A program made the position numbers and the translations under genes. A DNA stretch of 64,000 nt from Scyliorhinus canicula (Eukaryota), in the NCBI RefSeq assembly GCF_902713615.1, contig NC_052163.1, positions 37,334,248-37,398,247 on the forward strand, given 5' to 3'. Of the stretch, positions 33,489-46,620 are shown in pieces. The notes under the pieces were generated by a model. The model was not told the DNA's origin and ran no database searches. It saw only the letters and a list, made by a program, of their open reading frames with translations. Each line of letters opens with the position of its first letter. Positions within the stretch are counted from its first letter, which is position 1.

Positions 33489-35960
33489 GGACTGAATTCT
33501 CCACTCTCCCCACCAGCAGTGAGAATTGTGATTGGGCAGAGAATAGCGCAATGGATAAATGGCGATTTGCACCGCTTCCGGCGTCATTTTCCAGTCTCCT
33601 GCTGATGGCATGAGTGAAGTTCAGGGCCAGCGGGCCCTGCTAAATCGCCATTAGCCTGGATTTAAATCTCATTAGCGGGTTGCAGGCTGCATGCTCCACC
33701 CCTCCGCGATGCTCCACTCCTCTCAAGCAGAAGTCATGCCGGTGCGAATTGGTGCAAGTATTTACAAACGGCGCCTGGGCGCCATGGCTGTTGAGGGGAA
33801 GCGAGAGGATAAAGAAACTCAAAAACTCTCAAAGGTTGTCTGACTTGCTGGGGGTGACTGCCTGAGCCGGGAGAAATGACCAGGTGCCAAGCCTGTAGAC
33901 TTGGGGTGTCCCCTCAGGATCAGCGTGGCTTGCCTCAGACCGCCATTGTTGCAGTATGAGATGTAAATGCACCCCCCTGGTTTTACTTGCAGGCTCCTAG
34001 ATGTTCGCACTGCTGACTGTTCATTGTGTCCTGTGTTCAGCGAGCCTCTGGTGATATGGGAGCCCACCCAGGTGGTCCCTCTGGAAACCTTCCTACTCCA
34101 GCAAGAGGATGGGCATAGCCATGTTCAATCACCGGCCCACCAGGCACTCTTTAGTGCACTCCTCAAGGGCACAGCCCCGTTGCAGAGGAAATAAGGGTTT
34201 AGCAGAGCTCCCCCCAATCAAAGGACACCTGCAGCGTGGCCTTTGGAATCCTCCCGATAAACACTACCTCTCTCAGGGCAGAGGCCTCACCAGTGACACC
34301 TAACCCTCAGGATCACAAGCTGTCTCCTCTTGGTGAGGCTGGCAGCATTGACTGCCTCTGCCAACTCATTTTAGGCACTGTTTCAGAGGGTGGGTATGAG
34401 TCTGACTCACCCTGGAGAAGAGGGTGTCCCTCCTCTCATTGGCATTGAGCAGTGGGTCCACTTCAAACTCTCAAAATCAGAGGATAGGTCTTATCGAATC
34501 CATCTTCATGGATGCAATGAGAGTGTGGTGAGTGGAGCGCGTAAACCACCTGCTGGGCTGGGAATTGCTTCAATTCATGCCGGCAGAGTGCTGGTCCATT
34601 TCCATGTCCTGAATTGCAGAATGAATAGCGCCCCAATGGGAACTCACCTAGGTTGGGTACTTTAGTGAAGAGGCTCCTGGGACACTCTCTGGTGTGCACC
34701 ACACAGACAGTCAGGTACAGCAGCTGGAGGTCGGAACTCCCCAGGAGGCAGACAGTCAGAGAGCAGGCCGAACCTAGGGACTAGCTGCCGTCCAGATGGG
34801 TTTCGGGCTTCTGGAACGGACAGTCCCACCTATTGTGGAAATGCTGTTGCTCGTTCTGGGTGAGTGTGCTTAACACTCAATTTGGCTCTGTTTCTTGTTC
34901 TAAGCTCTGGAGTCGCCAAGTGCCGTTAAGACACTGCTACAGGCTTCAAGGTGAAGTTCAAAGCAATAAAACCGTACACCAATTAGTAAGTCCAAACAAC
35001 TAGAGTTTATTATAATACAATTATAATAACTACCCATGCACACGCTAAAAGGATTAAACTTACTCCTACCGCTAAACAACTAATACTTATCTCGAAGGAA
35101 CTGCTGGGTCAGGGAACAAGGCCTCTTGCTCTGCTCTGGTCTGCAGACTTCAGGTTGGTATCAATTAAAAGGGAGTCAGGAGTGCCTATCTCTGGTAGCG
35201 GTCATTGGGAGGCACTTGTTGGTGGCTGCTGTCCGAATGCTGGATCAGGAGACAGGAGCCAGGAGACAGGAGACTGAACCATGTGTGGGACCTTTCTTTT
35301 ATAGGTCCCAGGGGGTCCGCGCCCCTTTGGGCGGACTCCCTTACCTGCTTGGAATCGATTGGGTCTCTTCCCAATCGATTATGTTTGAACCCCCCAATCA
35401 TGGGGCAGTTCCTTGGTCGCTGGGGCGGTTCTTGGGACTTATTGTTTTGGGCTTCTCTGGCTCCAAAGGGTCTGGCCTTCCATAGAATGTATCGATCTGT
35501 GTTTAACTTGTTTCCGTTGTATCTGGGGATCGCCCGGTATCGCCTCATTAGTATGTTAACTGGTTTGTTTTCACAGTGCTGTCTGGTTTCTGCAACAGTC
35601 AAAACTGGTTTCTGAAGTCATCCCAATATACAATCGTTTTGCAAGCCGTTTGCTTTACAACATGTCCATTTTCCCTGCATTCCTTGCAATCTTCCATTTT
35701 GTGTTGGGCAGTGGCCACCCCAGGTGGCTACAATGCAGTCGCAGAGCCAGGGGCTACATGAGGGGTTGTCGGCGAGCATCTAGCGCCTGCAGGCACAGGT
35801 GAAGCAATCCAACCATGTGCAGGAGCAGGAGGTGGTGCCGACCATGCGTTCCACCCAGGCCTACACCACACAAATGGTGTCCGTGATGGATGCCTTGGGG
35901 CAAGGGATTTGGCAATGGATCAAAGGCCTGGGGCAATCTGTGCATGTGGTGGCCAAGGCC
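33489..35960 (+). mobile_element. PIF/Harbinger remnant (TIR plus degenerate Myb/SANT accessory ORF linker and coiled coil)
   Basis: Starts gggactgaattctcc; the reading VPPIVEM|QSQS..RLQAQV continues across the solo LTR; related sequence resumes at 40590-40990. Confidence 0.55.
34845..35732 (-). mobile_element. Solo LTR, 888 bp
   Basis: TG..CA termini with ATGC 4-bp TSD; same family as 14765-16438. Confidence 0.92.
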
Positions 35961-38900
35961 TGATGTGTTGGGCAAGCTGGGTCTTTGTGAACTGTGTTTG
36001 ATGCAGTGTAGAGAGAGACAGGCATCCAACACGTGAAGAGATGCACCACGATTTTATTGAACAACTAACTATAATATATGTAATATATGCTTAACTGTGG
36101 GTTGACACTATGCTGACTTGACTGGAGACCTGAGGCTAACCTGACCAGACTATCTTACTACCACATGGTGTTTGTACTAGCTGCTGCTCACGAGCTCTGA
36201 CTGTCTCAGAGGCTGAATCCTAAGAGAGCGGGAAAACTAGTGCCCTCTGGCTTTATAGTGGCCATATCCTGTCTGGTGATTGGCTGCTGTGTTCTGTGTG
36301 CTCACTGGTCATCCTGTGTGTCAATCACTGCCTGTCTGCACTCCATCATATACCTGGATGTATATTATGACACCTCCCCCCCTTTAAAAAAAAAATGTGT
36401 TTAGGGCAATAAATAATGAATATGAGTACAGGAACTTGACTATATACAGAATATGCTAATTTATATATATGGGAAGGTGTCTAGTGCAGATAGAGGGCAA
36501 ATAACACATGAGAAAAAAACAATATGTACAGATGTCAAAACGATGAGATAACAAGGTAACGCAACTTTCAGTCTACAAATTCAGTCTCTGTGGCAGGTGA
36601 CAAATTCTGGCTGACCGCCTCAAGGGTGGGTCAGGGGCCGCCTGCACCTGAATGGGCGGAATTGCCTCCAATGCGGTGGTCGCAGAGGTTGGTAGAATAA
36701 CTGGCAGATCGGTGGTCTCGTGGAAGGGCCCGACCTGAGGAAGCAGTGTGCAAGGCGGGACATCACGGTCGGGTGGCGGGCGGCGGGCGTGGAAGTCTGC
36801 GCAGTGCCCGCCTGTTGTGCCGGAGAAAGGAGCCATCAGGCATGCGAACGAGGAACGATCTTGGGGCCACTTGTTTTACCACCACAGCCGTGGTGGACCA
36901 GCCACCGTCAGGCAGCTGAATACGAACTCAGTCAGCAAGGACCAGCTCGGGGAGATCTGTGACATGGGCATCGTATCCCGACTTGCATTGGGCCCGAGTC
37001 TGTTGCATCCTCTGTATGTTCGGGAAGTTGTCAAGGTCCGGAATGTGGATGGCTGGAACCGTCATTTGCAGTGTGTGGTTCATGAGGAGCTGCGCTGGGG
37101 GCAGCCCAGTGGACAGAGGGTTTGCTCTATAAGCCAAATCGGAACCCGAATCAGCAGCTTTGCACAATAGTCTTTTAACGATGTGGATCCCTTTTTCGGC
37201 CTTCCCGTTCGACTGGGGGTAGTGGGGGCTGGATGTGACATGCCGAAAGTTGTACAGCCGGGCAAAATCTGACCACTCCTGGCTGAAAAAACAGGGGCTG
37301 TTGTCACTTATCACTGTGAGTGGGATCCCATGTCGGGCAAAAGTCTCCTTGCATGCCTTGATTACCGCTGCCGACGTGAGGTCAGACAGTCTGACCACTT
37401 TGGGGTTGTTGGAAAAGTAGTCCACTGGGAGGACATAGTCACGCCCCTTGGCATGGAACAGGTCAACACCAACTTTGGACCATGGGGAGGTTACTATTTC
37501 ATGCTGCTGTAGAGTCTCTTTAGGCTGGGCCGGCTGGTATTTTTGACACGTCGGGCAATTGAGGACCGTGTTGGCGACATCTTGGCTGATGCCTGGCCAG
37601 TATACTGCCTCTCGGGCTCGACGGCGCCATTTTTTGACCTCCAGGTGACCCTCGTAGATTTGGCCGAGAACCAAATCTCGCATGCTCTGTGGGATCACAA
37701 TTCTGTCAAGCTTCATAAGGATGCCTTCTACCACCGTTATAGCGTCCTTGACATTATAAAACTGGGACACTGCCCCTTTTCCAAATCATTCGTGAGGTGC
37801 TGCATCACGCGCTGGAGCAGAAGATCCCTGGCCGTCTCCTCACGAATTTGCACGACCCTCTCATCAGAGGCCGGAAAGTTGGAGGCACAGAATTGCACCA
37901 GCGCATCTATTTGACTGACAAAGTCAGACTGCTCACACGGTGTGGTGATAGATCTGGAGAGTGCATCGGCAACAATGAGCTCTTTGCCCGGGGTGTACAC
38001 GAGGTCGGAATCGTAGCGACGTAGCTTGAGGAGGGTGCGTTGTAACCGTGGCATCATGTCATTGAGATCTTTTTGGATGATGTGAACCAATAGCCTGTGA
38101 TCCGTCTCAAACGTGAATTTGGGGAGGCCATACGCATAATCATGGAACTTGTCGATCCCTGTAAGGAGGCCCAGGCATTCTTTCTGTATCTGAGTGTATC
38201 GTTGCTCTCGAGCCATATGCAATTAGGGCCCAGCAGGAGGAGTCATCCCGTTGGAGGAGCACTGCCCCAATGTCAGCCTGGCTCGGGTTGGTGAATATTT
38301 TTGTTCCTTGGCGGGGTCGAAAAACACCAGCACCGGGGCCTTGGTGAGTTTCGTCCTTAACTCACGCCACTCTTGCTCATGCTCTGGCTAGCTCTGCTCG
38401 TTTAGGTATTGGGTAGTGTCCCTCATGATGTTACGGTTCAAATGTTTGGGGTCGCTACAGATTCGAAGTTCCCCTGATGGCTTCTTGAATCAAACCATGG
38501 AGCTAACCCAGTCCGTGGGTTCCGTGACCTTTGAATTGACGCCCTGGCCCTGGAGGTCTTGCAGCTGCTGCTTGAGGCGGTCCTTAAGGGGTGCCGGCAC
38601 CCGACACAGTGTGTGAACCATAGGGGTGGCATTCGGCTTCAGTAGGATTTTGTATCAGTATGGGAGTATGCCCATACCTTTGAACACGCTATGATGTCAT
38701 CGAGTTGAGCCTTGAAGTTATCAGCTGGTGAGGCTGTTGCCTGTGCGGACGATCATGGTGTGAACCCGCTGCACTAGGGTCAGGAGTTTGCAGACCTGAG
38801 CACTGAGCAGGGACGCTCTGTTGGGTCCTACAATTTCAAATCGCAGCATTGTTTTTAATGACCTATTGGACACCACAAGCTGGCATGAGCCACTGGCAGC

Positions 38901-40588
38901 AATGGCATTGCCATTGTAGTCGAGGAGCTGGCAGACCGGTGGAAGAATGCTTGGTCTGACGCGGATGGTGTCGAGGTCAGACTTTGAAATGAGGTTTGCT
39001 GAAGCGCCGGTGTCCAGCTTGAAACGTATGCGAGCCTTGTTAACCGTAAGGGCGGAACACCACTCGTCGTCTGGATCAATGCTCAGGATTGGGAGTTGTT
39101 TCACGATCGTTGAGAAAGGCAGCGTATGCTTAGTGATGATGCCCACCCGGAATGGGGATTTGAGGCCCTCAGCGTCGGGATCTAGTAGACTGTCAGGGTT
39201 GGAGTCTGTCACGGGCTGCTGTACTGATCGGACGTTCCTGCGCTGTGGCTGGGATCGCTGTGTGCTGGGCAGTGGAGCAGGTCTGCAAAGGTCTGCGTAG
39301 TGGTCAAGCTTGCCACCCTGGAGACAGCATCGAGATTTTGCCGGACATTGCTGCTTTAAATGGGCGGAGCCACAATTGATACACGTCATAACGCCGACGT
39401 CAGGATGTTCCGTGCACCACCGCGCATGCGCAGTGCGGTCGAACAACGTGCGCACTTGCGCGGGCTGGTCGTCGGTCTCGCCGTCCCCTCGGTTGTGGTG
39501 CACATGCGCTGGAGCCCGGGAAAAGCGTGTGAAATGGCCACTCTCATCAAGACTCAGGCCCTGCATTTGTTTAATGGCTTGCACCTGTTCTGCTTCATGG
39601 GGGTTTAGCCTTAGCATTTCTGCCACCCTGATGTGGGAGTACCGGTTGTTAGCGTGCTCGTGGAGGACGCAGATTTCAATAGCGATGGTAAGGGTGAGCT
39701 GCTTAACTTTCAGGAGCTGCTGGCGAAGGGAATCGGAGTGGACCCCCGAAAACGATCTGATCCCGGATCATGGAATCAGTTGTCGAGTCATAGTTGCATG
39801 ACTGCGCGAGGATGCGGAGATGCGTTAAAAAGGACTGAAAAGGTTCATCCTTACCCTGAAGCCTCTGCTGGAAAACGTACCGTTCAAAGCTCTCATTGAC
39901 GTCAATGTCACAGTGGCTGTCGAACTTCAGCAGGACTGTTTTAAAATTTGTCTTGTCTTCGCCTTCAGTAAATGTGAGGGAGTTGTAGATGTGGATAGCA
40001 TGGTCGACGGCTGTAGAATGGATGTGCGATCTTCCTGGCATTCGATGCAGCCTCTAGGTCGGTGGCTTCAAGATAGAACTGGAACTTCTGTTTGAAAATC
40101 TTCCAGTTTGCACCGAGGTTGCCGGCGATGCGGAGCTGCAGGGGAGGGCGGACGCTGTCCATGTTACCGGATGGCTGATCGCTGGTCAAGGCAGATTATC
40201 TCAAGGTAGGTCCGTCAAACTTCAGCATTACTCACTGGTACCGTGATGTGTTGGGTAAGCTGGGTCTATGTGGACTGCATTTGATGCAGTGTAGAGAGAG
40301 ACAGGCTTCCAACACTTGAAGAGATGCAACATGATTTTATTGAACAACTAACTATGATATATGCTTAACTGTGGGTTGACATTATGCTGACTTGACTGAA
40401 GACCTGAGGCTAACCTGACCAGACTAACTGACTACCACATGGTGTTTGTACGAGCTGCTGGTCACGAGCTCTGACTGTCTCAGAGGCTGGATCCCGAGAG
40501 AGCGGGAAAACTGGTGACTTCTGGCTTTATAGTGGTCGTGTCCTGTCTGGTGATTGGCTGCTGTGTTCTGTGTGCTCACTGGTCATCC
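35961..40588 (-). mobile_element. Ty3/Gypsy LTR retrotransposon with the RT core deleted
   Basis: LTRs at 35961-36372 (polypurine tract ggggggagg upstream) and 40244-40588 (outer end truncated); gag with a CCHC-like knuckle, protease FKLDTGAS, RT N-terminus jumping to RNase H near 38400, integrase (VGVDLF, SDNSPCF, PQSNG). Confidence 0.92.
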
Positions 40589-41779
40589 ACTGACAGGCTG
40601 CCCTATCACAGGAAGCCATGTGCCAGAGCCATCTGGACATTGCAGCGGCGCTCCCGAGCTTGTCCCAATCACAGCGGCTTATAGCTGAGTGCATCGACGG
40701 CATTGTCCACGCACTGGCGGATGTGGCCCAGTCCCAGAGGAAGATGGCGCAGTGACCAGCAGATGTGGCACAGACCCAGAGGGTGGTGGCACAGTCACAG
40801 CATGATGTGGCCCAGTCCCAAGCAGAGATGGACCATTCCCTGTGCTCCATGGCCCCGAGTTTGCAGACACTGGCCGAGCCGTGAGCGGGCCTCCAGGAGT
40901 GGCAGCACCAGGTGGCGGGGGAGCCTCAGGGGATAATTCTGCTCACTCCTCCGTCCCATGGAGTAGCCCAGGGGTCATTGGGCACTTCCACATCCCACAT
41001 GTAGCCACACTACACTCATATTTGCACCCACCACTCTGCAAACACACACATGTGGACATCACACGCCTTCACATCTGAACAACAGATACCCCTGTAGCTC
41101 ACACATTCACACACACGGCTCATCAGCAGGGCTGCATTATGAATCCCTTCCAATGTGGCTCCCTGGTATTTGACTTCTCCACAGCCCTCATCCTGCCCTT
41201 ACCCTCCTGGCCCTTCCTCCTACCTTCTAGCTTTCCATTGGGGGACGAGTAAATTCATACCCCATGAATCACTGTTCAATATTTTGGATCAAATTTCACT
41301 TTCCAAAGTCTGTAGTGTGTCTTGTATCCCAAGGTAACCAAACAAAAATTTGGGCTTGTCCGTCTGTGTTGCAACCAAACAGTTCCCCAAAGAATAGGTG
41401 GTTACAGAACCTGTACTGAAGATACATCTGTGGAAGCAGCAGGGCCTGGCTGCAGACCCCAACAAGAGCGGGTAGAGAGAGCTGGATGATCCAGTTTGAG
41501 AGGTTTTTGGAGGGAATGGTATGATGATAGATATAATAATAATCTTTATTAGTGTCACCAGGAGGCTTACATTAACACTGCAATAAAATTATTGTGAAAA
41601 TCCCTAGTCGCCACACTCTGGCGCCTGTTCGGGTTCACAGAGGGAGAATGGGCAAGCCCATGTGCCACGTGGAACTAGTGCAATTCCAACCAAAGCTGGC
41701 ATTGGATTCGCTATTGGGATTGGCACTGGAGAACCTGAAAAGCTGGAGCTGCATATAAGCACTCCACCCTCCACCATTC

Positions 41780-42500
41780 CAGCCAAGAAGATGCCACCCC
41801 AGAGAGCTTATCCGTGATTTCCAGATGCAGAGCTGGAGACATTGCTGGATGCCGTGGAGGAGAGGCGGATGCCCTGTTTCCAAGGGTGGTACGGAGGCTG
41901 CCATCCACCGATGTTTACCGGGCCTGGGCGCAGGTAGCAGAGGCCGTGAGCGCTGTGGGCCCCATCGGGCAGCAGTGCCGGACAAAGCTGTATGACCTTC
42001 TCAGGGCGGCGAGGGTGACTCACCACCACCAACGTGCCTCAGGCACCACCCCTGTCCCACATGCATGTCCTCTCACCACCACCCCCCTGCCAGCAGCAGG
42101 CGGACCAGCAGGCTGGACTGGCTCACAATGGGCAGCTCCCTGGCCAGACATGCTGAGCTACCAACCCTGTGCGCCTGACACCAACCCTGACCTGCTCTCC
42201 CGACATCCCCTGGAGGGCAACAGCACCCACTTGCCGGCAGCCCCCTTGCACCACACCCTGCATCACGTGCCAACATCCATACCTCCCACCATGGCCGAGT
42301 GCCCAGCACACACAGGCCACCAGCTGCGGACCCCCTGTTCTGCCCATGTCTGAGTGTCTCACACTGTGCATTATCTATCCCTGCAGGAGAAAGCGGCCCA
42401 CAAGCGCAGGGAGTGGGAAAGGACCAGGGGGATCCTGCTGGACCTGCGGCCTCTCACCATCACAGAGCAGAGGATATTGGTGATCAGGGTGGGACAGTGG
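41780..42500 (+). mobile_element. Harbinger-associated Myb/SANT-like DNA-binding ORF remnant
   Basis: FPDAELETLLDAVEERR, (frameshift), LFPR..RAWAQVAEAVSAVGP..QQCRTKLYDLLRAAR, then EKAAHKRREWERT in a second exon-like block. Confidence 0.7.
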
Positions 42501-42529
42501 GCAGTTCCCAATTAGCTTACTAATCATCT

Positions 42530-44335
42530 ATCTATGCTAATATGTTTGCCCTATTGTATTAGCTCTTATTTTGTGCAGTAACCTTTGGTGTGGCACCTTG
42601 TCAAATGCCTTCTGCACACCCAGATGTCCTGTAACTGTCCTGTAGTTTCCTGCTTTCTGTCTCCTTAATTTCTTGGATAGAGGAGTCACATTCACTGTTT
42701 TCCAATCTGATGGGACCTTTCCAGAATCTAGGGAATTTTGCAAACTTAAAACCAATCTATCTGTTACCCCAGCACCCTCTTCTTTTAAGACTGAGAATGA
42801 AGCCCAACAAGATCTAAGGACTTGTCAGCTCTTAGTCCTAATAATTTCCTCAGTACCCTTTCCCTGATGATTGTAATTGTTTTATGTTTCTCCCTCTTCA
42901 CCTCCTGAGCCACCGTTATTTATGGGATGTTATTTATACCCTCTACAGTGAAAATAGGTGCAAAAGTAGTACCTCAACTCACCCACTATTTCCTTATTTT
43001 CCTTGTTTATACTTGGAGAAACTCTTGCCACCTGGTTTTATATTTCTATCTCGCTCTTTCTTCTTATTAATTCCTCCCTTCTTATTAATCTGCTAGTCAT
43101 TCTTTGCTGTTCTTTATATTCTGGCAAATCTTCTGTCCTGCCACTCGTCATTGCTGAGTTACATGTTTTTTCATTAAATTTGATACCATCTTTAATCTCT
43201 TTAGTTAGTCATGGATGATGTGTCCTCCCCTTAGTCTTTCTTTCTCATTGGAATATATTTTTTCTGAGTACTCTGAAGTATTTCCTTAAATTAATGTCAT
43301 TGCATCTCCACTGACCTGTCTGCTAACCTAATTTTTCAGTTCACCTTCACCATCTCTGTCTTCAAACCCTCATAATTGTCCTTATTTAAGTTTAAAAAAG
43401 CAGCCTTAGATTCAGTCCTTCAAACTAAATGTGAAATTCAATCATATTATGATTGCTGTTGCCAAGAGGCACCGTCACAATGAGGTCATTAATTAATCTG
43501 GTCTCGAGGGCAGCATGGTGGCACAGTGGTTAACATTGCTGCCTACGGCGCTGAGAACCCGGGTTCGAATCCCGGCCCTGGGTCACTGTCCGTGTGGAGT
43601 TTGCACGTTCTCCCCGTGCCTGCGTGGGTTTCACCCCCACAACCCAAAGATGTGCAGGTTAGGTGGATTAGCTGCGCTTAATTGGAAAAAAATAATTGGG
43701 TACACTAAATTTAAGAAATTTTTTTTTTATTAATCTGGTCTCATTGCAGATTATCAGTTCTAGTACAGCCTGTTCTCTGACTGGTACTAGAATGTGCTAC
43801 TCGAAGAAACTGTCCCAAAAACACTCTTTGCACTCATCATCCAGGTTACCTTGCCATTCTGATTTGTCAAATCAATATATAGATTAAAATCACCATGAAT
43901 GATTGGGATGTTCCTGCAATCGACAATTAGATAGAAAGCGGCTGAACACTTGGACATGTATTGGCTGAGTTAACACAGATAGCGAAGGGTAGGCCATATC
44001 TGACTAATGTAGTCAATCTTTTTAAGGAAGTTACTGGCATGATGAATAGGGAACTGCCCACGGATGGTGTCTACATGGACGTTCAGAAGGCATGGGATCA
44101 ATACACACAGGACGGTAATGGCAAAACTGAGAAACATAGAAGCAGACACAATCTTGTACCGTCGGCCAACAATTGCTCATGAGACAGGACATAAAGTGTG
44201 GGTATGGAAGGAATATATTACGATTTGCATCACATGATGATTGGTGTACCCGAGGGATCTGTAGTAGAGCCTCAACCTTTCACTATTCACATCAGTCATT
44301 TGGATAGAATGCAAAACCTGCTCCAGTGAAGACAT
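42530..44335. mobile_element. Old degenerate CR1 fragments on both strands, with a SINE at 43508-43728
   Basis: KAFDKVPHQRLL (minus strand, about 42580) and VVNLFKEVT..GVYMDVQKA (plus strand, about 44010); SINE head gggcagcatggtggcacagtggtt. Confidence 0.7.
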
Positions 44336-44377
44336 CAATGTGGATTGGGATGATGAAAGGATTCTCTCACACTCCAC

Positions 44378-45022
44378 AAGCGCGATTCTCCGCACCCCAC
44401 GCTGGGGGGGGGGGAGAATCGCGGAAGGGCCGGGCGAATCACGACACGCCGACCTGGCACCTCCCGCGATTGTCCCATCCCCCCAAAATGGCGTGTCGCG
44501 TTTTTCGACAGGCCGTCGGAGAATCGCCGCTCACCGTTTCTCATGGCGACCGGCGATTCTCCGGCCCGGATGGGCCGAGCAGCCTGCCGAACCCGACCGG
44601 TTCACGCCGGCGCCAACCACACCTGGTCGCTGCCGGCGTGAACCTCTGTGTTTGGGGCCTGTCGGGGGCGGAGGGATGATCGAGCACCACGGGCGTGCTC
44701 AGGAGAAGTCTGGCCCGCGATCGGTGCCCACCGATCGTCGGGCCGGCGTCTCTAAAAGACGCACTCGTTTCCCTCCGCCGCCCCGCAAGATCAAGCCGCC
44801 ATGTCTTGCGGGGCAGCGGAGGGGAAGATGGCAACTGCGCATGCGCGGGTTGGCGTCGGCCAACCTGCGCATGCCCGGCTGACGTCACTTAGGCGTCGCC
44901 AGCTGCGTCATTCCCAGTGCGGGGAGAATAGGGGGCGAGGAGCGGCCTCCGATGCCGGAGTGAAACACTCCTGGTTTCACTCCGGCGTCGGCTGTTTGTC
45001 TCCCTTTGGGAGAATTCCGCCG
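44378..45022. mobile_element. GC-rich Harbinger-type MITE
   Basis: Termini gcgcgattctcc / ggagaattccgcc, internal palindromes; related to 53012-53716. Confidence 0.7.
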
Positions 45023-45124
45023 CACATATTTTCATAATGAATAAAGCTATTGGAGTGAATTTAATAGGAAGCTACTCCACAAAGTTGTTCTTGGTGATAT
45101 GATCGCAGCTGTTAATGTTTTTTA

Positions 45125-45330
45125 CATTTTAAATTTAGAGTACCCAATTCAGGTTTTTCCAATTAAGGGCAATTTAGCGTGGCCGATCGACCTACCCTGC
45201 ACATCTGTTGGGTTGTGGGGCCAAAAGCACGGGGAGAATGTGCAAACTCCACACGGACACTGACCCCGAGCCGGGATCGCACCTGGGACCTCGGCGCCAT
45301 GAGACATCAATGCGCACCACTGTGCTGCCC
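45125..45330 (-). mobile_element. tRNA-derived SINE
   Basis: gggcagcacagtggtgcgcattg..tgcgatcccggctcggggtcagtgtcc head. Confidence 0.8.
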
Positions 45331-45899
45331 TTCCGCTCTTGTTAATTGTTGAGTAAACCCAATCCCAGAGGGAAACCTGGCTTACGGACCAGAATCCTTT
45401 TGTTTTGTGTTCCATTAATGAGAATAAACCATATTGACCTCAGCAGCAAGAAGTCTAATAACACTTTTAGGATTTTAAAAATTAAAAGTATGATTTATTA
45501 ATAAGATGCAGAGATACATAGGTTTCATTACAGCATAATATATTGTTCCCTCAATATATATAAAAAAGCATGCATTCTTACACTAGTTTCAGTAATTTCA
45601 ATGTTTATGCTCAAATAATGTTGATTTTCATCAGTCTCTGCTGATGCTACAGCAATGCCTTACTTTCCCATTCTAGCTACACCTGAGTATATTGCGAGCG
45701 TAATTTCTATGACGAGTCTGGTTAATTGACAGAAACTGCTTCCACCCGAATATGTTGAGTATAAAATCTGAATTTACAAGAAAGTCAGGCTTAAATTGGC
45801 GTGGTATTTTGCAACCAGTTCATGAATCATCACACTTATGAGGTCAGAACTGTACTACGATTCCAAGAAATGTCAGTCTGTAAACAGCAAGGACTGCAG

Positions 45900-46282
45900 T
45901 TTTTTTTATCAATTTCAGCTGTAGATATATCCCACATCTGGTCAGCAGGCTTATTACTTTCTCAGTGTTCGCACATCAGATCCAAGTCAGTTGGGGAAGC
46001 TGGAACCAAGACGCAGAGCTTTTCTTTATTGAGAGTTTATTTACCTATTCAAAGAGGGGCTACTCAAGTCTGAGGTCCTGACACATTTTGATCCAAATTT
46101 ATCCCTGCTGCTGGCATGTGATGCATCTCATTGTGGGATTGAGGCAGAGGTTTACCACATAATCCAGAGGAGAAGAGAAGTTGATTGTCTTCGCATTGAG
46201 AATCTTGAATAAAGTCTAAAGCAATTATGCGCAGATGACTAAAGAGGCCCTAGAAATCATTTTTGGAATAAAACGGTTCTAC
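45900..46282 (+). mobile_element. Gypsy RNase H fragment
   Basis: HFDPNLSLLLACDASHCGI..NYAQMTKEALEIIFGIKRF. Confidence 0.7.
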
Positions 46283-46283
46283 T

Positions 46284-46620
46284 GGGTGGCATGGTGGCAC
46301 AGTGGTTAGCACTGTGCCTCACAGTGTCAGGGACCTGGGTTCAATTTTGGCCTTGGGTCACTGTCTGTGTGGCGTTTGCACTTTCTCCCCGTGTCTGCGT
46401 GGGTTTCCTCCGGGTGCTCCAGTTTCCTCCCACAGTCCAAAGATGTGCCGGTTGGGTGAATTGGCCATGATCAATTGGCCCTGAGTGTCCAAAAGGTTAG
46501 GTGGAGTTACTGGGATAGGGTGGAGGCCTGACCCAAGGAAAGTGCTCTTTCCAGTGGTCGGTGTGGACTTGATGGGCCGAATGGCCTCCTTCTGAACTGG
46601 AGGGATTTTAGGATTCTATG
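46284..46620 (+). mobile_element. tRNA-derived SINE
   Basis: gggtggcatggtggcacagtggttagc head; gggccgaatggcctcc..ttctatg tail. Confidence 0.85.
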
